Shown one piece after another: positions 1 to 10,561 of a stretch of 64,000 nt of DNA. The stretch is taken from contig NC_047077.1 in assembly GCF_902459465.1 (NCBI RefSeq), forward strand, positions 5,828,001 through 5,892,000. Direction: 5' to 3'. Source of the stretch: Asterias rubens. Its lineage: Eukaryota. Position 1 is the first letter of the stretch; every line of letters starts with the position of its first letter. A program made the position numbers and the translations under genes. The notes under the pieces were generated by a model, which saw only the letters and a program-made list of their open reading frames with translations, was not told where the DNA came from and searched no databases.

Positions 1-14
1 GTAGTATACAGCCA

Positions 15-164
15 GGTAAACTGTAGCGCTCCAAAGGCTTTTTGATACACAATATCAACCTCTACCCTCACAGGTACCCATTTATACCCCTGGGTGAAGA
101 GAAGCAGTTATAGTTGAGTATCTTGCTCAAGGACCCAAGTGTCACAACAGGGACCCCAACCCAC
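15..164 (-). mobile_element. tRNA-derived SINE fragment (CORE-like central segment)
   Basis: The minus strand reads GTGACACTTGGGTCCTTGAGCAAGATACTCAAC...CACCCAGGGGTATAAATGGGTACC. The GTGACACTTG(T/G)GTCCTT(A/G)AGCAAG motif recurs in the SINE copies at 19731, 56679 and 60365. Confidence 0.6.
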
Positions 165-182
165 TTTCTTCGCTCCGCAAAC

Positions 183-380
183 TTATCCTAGCTTCATGAA
201 ATTTGGAACCGGTGAGAGAATTTCACTAACCTCTCCGATGGACATTGAATTCTTGACCTCAATGATGGAATGGGACCTCTCCGCCACAGGGGTGATGTCA
301 GGATGCTCAAAGGCTGAACGACTGAAAGTCACGACACCGTCTTCAACGGTCAAGTTGTGCGACTGACAGAACTCAGAGGC
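183..380 (-). CDS. Candidate terminal coding exon of an unidentified gene (ASEFCQSHNLTVEDG...PNFMKLG*)
   Basis: Polypyrimidine tract and CAG acceptor (catttttgttgttgtgcag) at 382-381, then 65 open codons ending in TAA. Higher GC than the flanks. No upstream exon found and no protein family recognised. Confidence 0.3.
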   Translation of the reverse strand, partial: ASEFCQSHNLTVEDGVVTFSRSAFEHPDITPVAERSHSIIEVKNSMSIGEVSEILSPVPNFMKLG

Positions 381-610
381 CTGCACAACAACAAAAATGT
401 TAAAAAAGAGTAACTATAAATATAAATATGAATAGTGAACTTGCGGGTAAAACCATGGGTAAAATATCTTTGAGGGAGTGCTGGCTCTGGAAAGAGCCGG
501 GTTGGTTTCAAACAGTATACTCTGACGATTCAAATTCATATTTATAGTTACTCTTATTCTCCACACCATGCAAAGCTTCAAACACCATTTAGAAGTTTAA
601 CATATGTTAA

Positions 611-716
611 AGTTGCATCAAGGATGAAGAATATTATTTGGTTTTACCCGTGTACTTTTCCCGAGTTCAGTGAAAAAAAATCACAGGTGCATTACTCGGT
701 TGAGATTCAAACCCCC
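611..716 (-). mobile_element. Fragment of a tRNA-related interspersed repeat
   Basis: TTGCATC..GGAT.AAGAATATT...TTTTACCC...CCCGAGT...GTGAAAAAA..CACAGG...TTACTCGG.TG.GATTC.AA also occurs at 51915-52050 and 53170-53345, and in part reversed at about 41000-41040. It contains a reverse B box. Confidence 0.6.
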
Positions 717-781
717 GTTTTGGCCTCGGGAATATTGCAATGGTAAGAACTAGCAGGGAAGAGAGGGCACGCTGTGGTCTA

Positions 782-881
782 NNNNNNNNNNNNNNNNNNN
801 NNNNNNNNNNNNNNNNNNNNNNNNNNNNNNNNNNNNNNNNNNNNNNNNNNNNNNNNNNNNNNNNNNNNNNNNNNNNNNNNN
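782..881. other. Assembly gap (100 N)
   Basis: Run of N. The tandem array starts immediately to its right. Confidence 0.99.
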
Positions 882-3800
882 GGGGACAGAAATTTATCAG
901 TAGGATTTTTCCATTAAATTTCAACTGATCAAGTTGGTCTAGTGGTAGAACTAATTGCCTCCGAAGTCGGAGGTCCTTGGTTCAAATCCCAGGTGGGGTC
1001 TACAACGTTTTTGTTACAACTTCAAAGTTTGATGGGGGACAGAAATTTATCAGTAGGATTTTTCCATTAAATTTCAACTGATCAAGTTGGTCTAGTGGTA
1101 GAACTAATTGCCTCCGGAATCGGAGGTCCTTGGTTCAAATCCCAGGTGGGGTCTACAAAGTTTTTGTTACAACTTCAAAGTTTGATGGGGGCGGAAATTT
1201 ATCAGTAGGATTTTTCAATTATTTTTCAACTGATCAAGTTGGTCTAGTGGTAGAACTAATTGCCTCCGGAGTCGGAGGTCCTTGGTTCAAATCACAGGTG
1301 GGGTCTACAAAGTTTTTGTTACAACTTCAAAGTTTGATGGGGGTCAGAAATTTATCAGTAGGATTTTTCCATTATTTTTCAACTGATCAAGTTGGTCTAG
1401 TGGTAGAACTAATTGCCTCCGAAGTCGGAGGTCCTTGGTTCAAATCCCAAGTGGGGTCTACAAAGTTTTTGTTACAACTTCAAAGTTTGATGGGGGACAG
1501 AAATTTATCAGTAGGATTTTTCCATTAAATTTCAACTGATCAAATTGGTGTAGTGGTAGAACTAATTGCCTCCGGAGTCGGAGGTCCTTGGTTCAAATCC
1601 CAAGTGGGGTCTACAAAGTTTTTGTTACAACTTCAAAGTTTGATGGGGGACAGAAATTTATCAGTAGGATTTTTCCATTAAATTTCAACTGATCAAGTTG
1701 GTCTAGTGGTAGAACTAATTGCCTCCGGAGTCGGAGGTCCTTGGTTCAAATCCCAGGTGGGGTCTACAAAGTTTTTGTTACAACTTCAAAGTTTGATGGG
1801 GATGGAAATTTATCAGTAGGATTTTTCCATTATGTTTCAACTGATCAAATTGGTCTAGTGGTAGAACTAATTGCCTCCGAAGTCGGAGGTCCTCGGTTCA
1901 AATCCAAGTGGGGTCTACAAAGTTTTTGTTACAACTTCAAAGTTTGATGGGGGACAGAAATTTATCAGTAGGATTTTTCCATTAAATTTCAACTGATCAA
2001 GTTGGTCTAGTGGTAGGACTAATTGCCTCCGAAGTCGGAGGTCCTTGGTTCAAATCCCAAGTGGGGTCTACAAAGTTTTTGTTACAACTTCAAAGTTTGA
2101 TGGGGAGGGAAATTTATCAGTAGGATTTTTCCATTATTTTTCAACTGATCAAGTTGGTCTAGTGGTAGAACTAATTGCCTCCGAAGTCGGAGGTCCTTGG
2201 TTCAAATCCCAAGTGGGGTCTACAAAGTTTTTGTTACAACTTCAAAGTTTGATGGGGAGGGAAATTTATCAGTAGGATTTTTCCATTATTTTTCAACTGA
2301 TCAAGTTGGTCTAGTGGTAGAACTAATTGCCTCCGGAGTCGGAGGTCCTTGGTTCAAATCCCAAGTGGGGTCTACAAAGTTTTTGTTACAACTTCAAAGT
2401 TTGATGGGGGACAGAAATTTATCAGTAGGATTTTTCCATTATTTTTCAACTGATCAAGTTGGTCTAGTGGTAGAACTAATTGCCTCCGGAGTCGGAGGTC
2501 CTTGGTTCAAATCCCAAGTGGGGTCTACAAAGTTTTTGTTACAACTTCAAAGTTTGATGGGGGAGAGAAATTTATCAGTAGGATTTTTCCATTAAATTAC
2601 AACTGATCAAGTTGGTCTAGTGGTAGAACTAATTGCCTCCGAAGTCGGAGGTCCTTGGTTCAAATCCCAGGTGGGGTCTACAACGTTTTTGTTACAACTT
2701 CAAAGTTTGATGGGGGAGAGAAATTTATCAGTAGGATTTTTCCATTAAATTTCAACTGATCAAGTTGGTCTAGTGGTAGAGCTAATTGCCTCCGAAGTCG
2801 GAGGTCCTTGGTTCAAATCCCAAGTGGGGTCTACAAAGTTTTTGTTACAACTTCAAAGTTCGATGGGGGACAGAAATCTATCAGTAGGATTTTTCCATTA
2901 AATTTCAACTGATCAAGTTGGTCTAGTGGTAGAACTAATTGCCTCCGAAGTCGGAGGTCCTTGGTTCAAATCCCAAGTGGGGTCTACAAAGTTTTTGTTA
3001 CAACTTCAAAGTTTGATGGGGACGGAAATTTATCAGTAGGATTTTTCCATTAAATTTCAACTGATCAATTTGGTCTAGTGGTAGAACTAATTGCCTCCGA
3101 AGTCGGAGGTCCTTGGTTCAAATCCCAGGTGGGGTCTACAAAGTTTTTGTTACAACTTCAAAGTTTGATGGGGACGGAAATTTATCAGTAGGATTTTTCC
3201 ATTAAATTTCAACTGATCAAGTTGGTCTAGTGGTAGAACTAATTGCCTCCGGAGTTGGAGGTCCTTGGTTCAAATCCCAGGTGGGGTCTACAAAGTTTTT
3301 GTTACAACTTCAAAGTTTGATGGGGCGGAAATTTATCAGTAGCATTTTTCCATTATTTTTCAACTGATCAAGTTGGTCTAGTGGTAGAACTAATTGCCTC
3401 CGAAGTCGGAGGTCCTTGGTTCAAATCCCAGGTGGGGTCTACAAAGTTTTTGTTACAACTTCAAAGTTTGATGGGGGACAGAAATTTATCAGTAGGATTT
3501 TTCCATTATTTTTCAACTGATCAAGTTGGTCTAGTGGTAGAACTAATTGCCTCCGGAGTTGGAGGTCCTTGGTTCAAATCCCAGGTGGGGTCTACAAAGT
3601 TTTTGTTACAACTTCAAAGTTTGATGGGGGCGGAAATTTATCAGTAGGATTTTTCCATTAATTTTCAACTGATCAAGTTGGTCTAGTGGTAGAACTAATT
3701 GCCTCCGAAGTCGGAGGTCCTTGGTTCAAATCCCAGGTGGGGTCTACAAAGTTTTTGTTACAACTTCAAAGTTTGATGGGGGACAGAAATTTATCAGTAG

Positions 3801-4844
3801 GATTTTTCCATTAAATTTCAACTGATCAAGTTGGTCTAGTGGTAGAGCTAGTCGCCTCCGAAGTTGGAGGTCCTTGGTTCAAATCCCAAGTGGGGTCTAC
3901 CAAGTTTTTGTTACAACTTCAAAGTTTGATGGGGAGGGAAATTTATCAGTAGGATTTTTCCATTATTTTTCAACTGATCAAGTTGGTCTAGTGGTAGAAC
4001 TAATTGCCTCCGGAGTCGGAGGTCCTTGGTTCAAATCCCAGGTGGGGTCTACAAAGATTTTGTTACAACTTCAAAGTTTGATGGAGGACGGGAATTTATC
4101 AGTAGGATTTTTCCATTATTTTTCAACTGATCAAGTTGGTCTAGTGGTAGAACTAATTGCCTCCGGAGTCGGAGGTCCTTGGTTCAAATCCCCGGTGTGG
4201 TCCACAAAGTTTTTGTTACAACTTCAAAGTTTGATGGGGGACGGAAATTTATCAGTAGGATTTTTCCATTATTTTTCAACTGATCAAGTTGGTCTAGTGG
4301 TAGAACTAATTGCCTCCGAAGTCGGAGGTCCTTAGTTCAAATCCCAGGTGGGGTCTACAAAGTTTTTGTTACAACTTAGATTTCAAAGTTTGATTGGGGA
4401 CGGAAGTTTATCAGTAGGATTTTTCCATTATTTTTCAACTGATCAAGTTGGTCTAGTGGTAGAACTAATTGCCTCCGGAGTCGGAGGTCCTTGGTTCAAA
4501 TCCCAGGTGGGGTCTACAAAGTTTTTGTTACAACTTCAAAGTTTGATGGGGGACGGAAATTTATAAGTAGGATTTGTCCATAATTTTTTTTAACTGATCA
4601 AGTTGTTCTAGTGGTAGAACTAATTGCTTCCAGAGTCGGAGGTCCTTGGTTCAAATCCCAGGTGGGGTATACATAGTTTTTGTTACAACTTAGATTTCAA
4701 AGTTTGATGGGTGACGGACATTTATTAGGAGGATTTTTCCATTATTTTTCAACTGATCAAGTTGTTTTAGTGGTAGAACTAATTGCCTCCGGAGTTGGAG
4801 GTCCTTTGGTTCAAATCCCAGGTGGGGTCTACAAAGTTTTTTTT
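882..4844 (+). repeat. Tandem array of about 26 copies of a 152-153 bp unit containing a tRNA-like Pol III module
   Basis: Unit core AACTGATCAAGTTGGTCTAGTGGTAGAACTAATTGCCTCCG(A/G)AGTCGGAGGTCCTTGGTTCAAATCCCA(G/A)GTGGGGTCTACAAAGTTTTTG is repeated head to tail. It has an A box (TGGTCTAGTGG), a B box (GGTTCAAATCC) and a T5 run downstream. The ORFs called here are frame-shifting artefacts of the repeat. Confidence 0.95.
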
Positions 4845-6369
4845 CAACTATTGCTTTTCTAAACATTGTAATATCTGTATTGAAGAAATTCTTTTTTTTA
4901 ATATAATAATTACATGTAAAAAGAATAATCACATGTGTACACAATGTGTACTTTTATACCGTCTTCTTGTGACTAGTTTTAGTTAGCGGTCTAACCACCG
5001 CCAAACTCAGTTAACTTTGAGGAAAAGTGTCCGAAGTTTATTCTTAGTCTTAGTTTATTCTTACCAAACTAAAGGACAAAACAATTGCTATGTTGGGGGT
5101 CAAAATAAAGTTGGAAACATCAGAACCAAATTTCATAAAGCTGGTAACAGATCACATTTTTGGTTTTTGCTAAGCAAACTAGTGGGATGGGACACTAGCA
5201 ATTTGGCTGATGTTTCTGCTAAGGGATACTATTTCTGTGTTTATAGCAAGCTTGTGTGCTTACAAAAGTTTTTACAAATTTGCCCCAGCTCACAAACAAA
5301 TGTTGGAGTTGTAAACAAAGTTTGAGTTCGCACATATTGGTAGTTTGTTGCAAAAATTGGGAGAGAATAATACTTGAATCTGCGATTCAATATTTAATGC
5401 AGACTTAAAGATAACGGGTTTCCACTTGTAAAATACCTATTATTAACACATTCTTATTGATTCAGATATGTTTTGGTTAATTGTTTCAACCGTTCCTGAA
5501 AATGTAGCATGAATAAAGACACACACTAGTCTTACTTTGGGGTCGTTATTTCAGGAATAGTTTTCCCGACTGCAGACTTCAAGATAATAACAAACGGTTA
5601 CAAACGCTTTTTATAGACAAACTCGTCCGATCCAGGCAACGTGTTCCTTTAAAAGAAAATGGGTTTTTGTATTGATGCAAACCTCTAAAAATAACAGAAA
5701 CACATCCCCCCCCTCCCCACCAACAAAAAAACAAAAACAAAACAATTTACAGCAAAATAAAATCACCAAGTCAAATCTTCGCCGCCACATCCTTTAGCTA
5801 AAAGTAGTAGTTGAGAAGTTGAATTTTGTCTCAAGCATTATTTTAATTTAATTTTATTTTATTTCAAATCTTCGGACATAATTTTTTTTGGCCAGGGGCC
5901 GTCCAGGGTAGGGTAACAATTTTAAAAACTGTCATCAAAGCGATGTGCCCTCCCAGACCCCTCCAACAATAAACATACATTGTTTGTATAAAAAATACAG
6001 GAAAATAAAAAAACCTGCATTTTAAAAATGTATATAATTACATAACTAATAAAAAGTTGACGACAACTACTCTGTATCCCCGTAACAATAAAACAAAACC
6101 TCATGGGTTTCTCTGTATGCACATTCAACATTATTGTAACACATTTTTGTTGATGAGATGTTTTTTGTTTGTTTTTATTTATGAAATTTTGCCGTCCACA
6201 AAAGTATCCTCGAAAAAAAAGGTTAAAAAATTGCTCTCCATAAAAAAACGTCGCCTCTTACTTATAAATCCAGTTTTTTTTTCACATAAGCTTGTCACCA
6301 TGCTGGTATACTTGCCTCTGAATAAAATAAATAATATTTGACGGACATTCCCTCCGTACCCTGTTACCA

Positions 6370-6530
6370 CTAGGCAGGACCCTCGCGCCTCAAGCCCTGG
6401 GTGCTGCTCGGCCCTGGACCTCCATTACTCCTCGGCCGACACCCTGCTCTCCGGTGCCCGTACTCCGGACCATTCTGCTCCAGCCAGTTCGTAGATAACG
6501 GTGCTCCACCAGGCCCCACGAGGGTCTCCC
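6370..6530 (+). repeat. GC-rich local repeat, copy 1
   Basis: GGCAGGACCCTCG..CC..GGGTGCTGCT.GGCCCTGGACC...CTCGGCCGACACCCTGCTCTCCGGTGCCCG.ACTCCG matches 7295-7455 directly and 7824-8006 in inverted orientation. Confidence 0.85.
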
Positions 6531-7029
6531 GGAACAAGATTATTATTATAATTTGTATTTATTTATAGGTTTCTCGGTCAATTTCGGCAAATGAGCAGCC
6601 AACTTAACCACCAAGCTATTCTATTTCGCGCGAAATCGAATGCTACTGAAAAGGGTCTCGTTTTATGATTAGTCAAATGTAATGTTGCGTCATTCGATTT
6701 AACAAATTCATTTTAACAATTCGTCAAAGCAGCATTCAAATTCGCAGACGCTTCTTTAGGCGTGTGTGGCACGAAAAAGAATGACGATACGCTAAATTGA
6801 ACAAAGTGCTAAAGGAATTTGACTTGACTCAAAACGAAATTGAATGACCGAATTCTTAATTTGAATCGCAGTAACAACTGGAGAGGCAAAACAGCTTTAA
6901 TTCGAACGCATGAAAACGAAATTGACTGCTTATTTGCCGAATTCGAACGAGAAAACCTATATTTATTATTATTATTATTATTAAAAAAAAAAAATGACGA
7001 ACCCGCTATGATGAATACGTTTTCTTAAA

Positions 7030-8260
7030 GTGCAATAAAAAAGCCTTGCATTGTAATAAGAAGTACACACTAAATTGAAAAAAAAATCACAAGAGGTGAG
7101 CATTAAACTTTTAGCCAACTTTCCCCTCCAAAAATTACCTTTAAAAAATGTAATGCCCCCCCCCCCCCCCCAAAAAAAAAAAAAACGTCTTCTCAAATTT
7201 AACCCAGGGTTGTTTCCACAATTGTTGTTACCGTGAATGTCGGTTATTTTTCTGAATACTAAAACTTGAGGAATTACTCCATACCCGGTCCATCGGGCAG
7301 GACCCTCGGGCCTTGGGTGCTGCTGGGCCCTGGACCCACATTGCCCCTCGGCCGACACCCTGCTCTCCGGTGCCCGGACTCCGCACCCTTCTACTCCTGC
7401 CAGTTCGTCGGTAACGTAGCTCTGCCGGACCCCACGGGGTATACCGGGGTTCATTAAGATTTAACAGACTAGAAGTGTAATAGCTTAAAAATAAACAAAC
7501 ATGGTTTTCTGTAATGGTCCGCACCCTTAACAATAACACAAACCCATTTAGCACCTCCCCCCCCCCCAAAAAAAACAAAAAAACAATTAAACAAGTTGCA
7601 ACAAAATGACTAAAACTTCGCCGCCACATCAATCTCAAAGGGGGGGGTATCGTAAGCTTTTGAGATGTACGGCAAAGATTTTGTCGTTTTTTTTGGGGGG
7701 GGGAGGCTGCAAAATGTGTTTCTGTTATTATTATAGCGTGGGATCGATACAAAACCCCCCTTTTTTTTTCCTTTTTTAATTGATTTTTAAGATTACCATC
7801 TTACACTAGAATTTTAAACCTCATAATGAACCCCGGTATACCCTCGTGGGGCCAGACGGAGCTCCGTTATCGACGAACTGGCTGGAGGAGAAGGGTCCGG
7901 AGTCCGGGATTTTCGGCCGAGGGGCAATGGGGGTCCGGGCCCAGCGGGGCCCAACAGCACCCAAGGCCTGAGGCACGAGGTTCCTGCCCGATGGATCGGG
8001 TATGGATTAATATTCGTCAGATGTTAGACAAAAATGACTGACATTCATCACGTGTACAATATTAATGTGGAAGAAAATGAAACTGGAGGTGACTTTTTTT
8101 ACTGGGGGGGGGGGGGGGTTAGGCGTAAAATTTTCTTTTCTTTGGGCGACTTTTTGAGGGCAACATTATTTGATATGTTATTCGTTCAAGGCTCTTGTGA
8201 TTTGTTTTATAATCAAGGATGGAATTCTTCTTACAATGCGAGACTAATGTATTTTCATTA
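7030..8260. repeat. Long degenerate inverted repeat (arms about 7030-7500 and 7775-8260)
   Basis: TCCATACCCGGTCCATCGGGCAGG (7278) is mirrored by CCTGCCCGATGGATCGGGTATGGA (7983-8006). GGGTATACCGGGGTTCATTA (7437-7456) is mirrored exactly by TAATGAACCCCGGTATACCC (7824-7843). The AT-rich outer flanks also align in inverted orientation. Confidence 0.8.
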
Positions 8261-8420
8261 GGATAATATTGCTGAACATGGGAATTGTTTTAACGACGTA
8301 TACAACATGTACGTAAGGCTTCAAAGAATGTATAGGGTCAAGTGGAAACAAAGCGTAAGTTACAAAACCTGAATAGATTTACACTATTATTGTAAAACAA
8401 ATCCCTCATTGGGCCCAAGG

Positions 8421-8575
8421 GAGCTCCGTCCCTCATGGAACCCTGGCGGAGCTCCGTCCCTCATGGAACCCTGGCGTAGCTCCGTCCCCATGGAACCCTG
8501 GTGGAGCTCCGTCCCTCATGGGGCCCTGGCGGAGCTCCGTCCCTCATAAAACCGTGGCGGAGCTCCGTCCCCGGC
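8421..8575. repeat. 28-bp GC-rich minisatellite (GGAGCTCCGTCCCTCATGGAACCCTGGC, about 5.5 copies)
   Basis: Direct tandem copies read from the sequence. The tract runs into another inverted, diverged copy of the GC-rich local repeat. Confidence 0.9.
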
Positions 8576-10561
8576 GAACATGTAGAGTAGAAGAGTCAGG
8601 AGTTCGGGTACTGGAGAGCAGGGTCTAGGCCAAGGACAATACGGGTCCAGCTGTACAACTGCTCCTATTCCAATTGTTTTTAAAGGAACCACTTATTGCT
8701 AGGTGGCTCCCCCGTAATTCGTTACATAACGCTTAAGTTACGGATTAATTGACCCTATTCGAAATTTGGCTAGGTGGTATTTTGGGTACGTAGAGTTGAA
8801 ATCATGGTGGCATGGATATCGGACGTAAATTAACGTTTTACATCAATTATTTTCCACGTTAAGCAGATCTTATATATCAATATAAACCGCAAATCTTTAA
8901 TATAACATCTGCATCTATCTTTAGCTTGTTTAGAGAGCCATTTTTCTTCGTGGCTCCCGGTGGTGATGTTTTTTATCATTCTTGTAAGGATATTGCATGT
9001 GATTAGAAATTTGGCAAGGCGGTAATTTGGGGACGTACTTGAAGTCATGGTGTGAAAGTAGTTTCCAAAGTAGGAAATCGGGCGTACAACAAACGTTTGA
9101 AAATAATTATTCACTTTATGCAGATCTTTAGTGTAACGTGACCAATGATTTTTATAATGCGAATAATTAGTATAAAACGTTTACTTCATGTTTTCTGCAA
9201 ACTACCTCCACACCATGACTTCAACTACGTCCCCAAATGACCCACTTGCCAAAATTTCAAGACTGGTCTAAAGAAAGATGGAAACTTTCACCCCGGGGGC
9301 CATGAAGCACAAAGTGGCTCCCTAAAGAAGCTAAAGACAGATTACAGAATAAAACGTAGTAAAAAGGAATAAAAAGGAAACTGTCACTATAATTGACAAG
9401 CGAAAGAAAAAATGAATTTTTCAAAACAATTATATAACTCTACACTGAATTTCCGTTCAGAAAACAAACCGAGTGATTTTCCACTTCGTTCGGTGGTAGG
9501 TTATAATTATGTAGCTGCCTTAGTACGTAAAGATCATCCCTCATGGGGCCCTGGCGGAGCTCCGTCCCTCATAAAACCGTGGCGGAGCTCCGTCCCCGGC
9601 GAACATGTAGAGTAGAAGAGTCGGGAGTTCGGGTACTGGAGAGCAGGGTCTAGGCCAAGGACAATACGGGTCCAGCTGTACAACTGCTCCTATTCCAATT
9701 GTTTTTAAAGGAACCACTTATTGCTAGGTGGCTCCCCCGTAATTCGTTACATAACGCTTAAGTTACGGATTAATTGACCCTATTCGAAATTTGGCTAGGT
9801 GGTATTTTGGGTACGTAGAGTTGAAATCATGGTGGCATGGATATCGGACGTAAATTAACGTTTTACATCAATTATTTTCCACGTTAAGCAGATCTTATAT
9901 ATCAATATAAACCGCAAATCTTTAATATAACATCTGCATCTATCTTTAGCTTGTTTAGAGAGCCATTTTTCTTCGTGGCTCCCGGTGGTGATGTTTTTTA
10001 TCATTCTTGTAAGGATATTGCATGTGATTAGAAATTTGGCAAGGCGGTAATTTGGGGACGTACTTGAAGTCATGGTGTGAAAGTAGTTTCCAAAGTAGGA
10101 AATCGGGCGTACAACAAACGTTTGAAAATAATTATTCACTTTATGCAGATCTTTAGTGTAACGTGACCAATGATTTGTATAATGCGAATAATTAGTATAA
10201 AACGTTTACTTCATGTTTTCTGCAAACTACCTCCACACCATGACTTCAACTACGTCCCCAAATGACCCACTTGCCAAAATTTCAAGACTGGTCTAAAGAA
10301 AGATGGAAACTTTCACCCCGGGGGCCATGAAGCACAAAGTGGCTCCCTAAAGAAGCTAAAGACAGATTACAGAATAAAACGTGGTAAAAAGGAATAAAAA
10401 GGAAACTGTCACTATAATTGACAAGCGAAAGAAAAAATGAATTTTTCAAAACAATTATATAACTCTACACTGAATTTCCGTTCAGAAAACAAACCGAGTG
10501 ATTTTCCACTTCGTTCGGTGGTAGGTTATAATTATGTAGCTGCCTTAGTACGTAAAGATCA
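8512..10561. repeat. Near-perfect 1025-bp tandem duplication (8512-9536 and 9537-10561)
   Basis: Identical ORFs at 8830-9114 and 9855-10139 are offset by 1025. I saw only about three substitutions between the copies. Confidence 0.95.
8915..9345. mobile_element. Fold-back / MITE-like element with about 150-bp inverted arms (second copy at 9940-10370)
   Basis: TATCTTTAGCTTGTTTAGAGAGCCA...GGGGACGTACTTGAAGTCATGGTGTG is the inverse of CACACCATGACTTCAACTACGTCCCC...GGCTCCCTAAAGAAGCTAAAGACA. Confidence 0.65.

Noticed and set aside
882-4844. CRISPR array or repeat-encoded protein (MVQIPGGVYKVF..., 132-153 aa ORFs)
   Set aside because: The units are wholly repeated with no unique spacers and there are no cas genes in this eukaryotic context. 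The unit length shifts frame between copies and stops appear with the TTAAAT variant.
882-4844. Functional tRNA-Arg(CCG) gene cluster
   Set aside because: The acceptor stem (ATCAAGT / GTGGGGT) and anticodon stem (ATTGC / GTCGG) cannot pair adequately, and the D and T stems contain mismatches.
8830-10139. Duplicated 94-aa ORF (MNNYFQTF...)
   Set aside because: It lies in a fold-back repeat within the 1025-bp duplication. Identity reflects the duplication and no protein features are evident.
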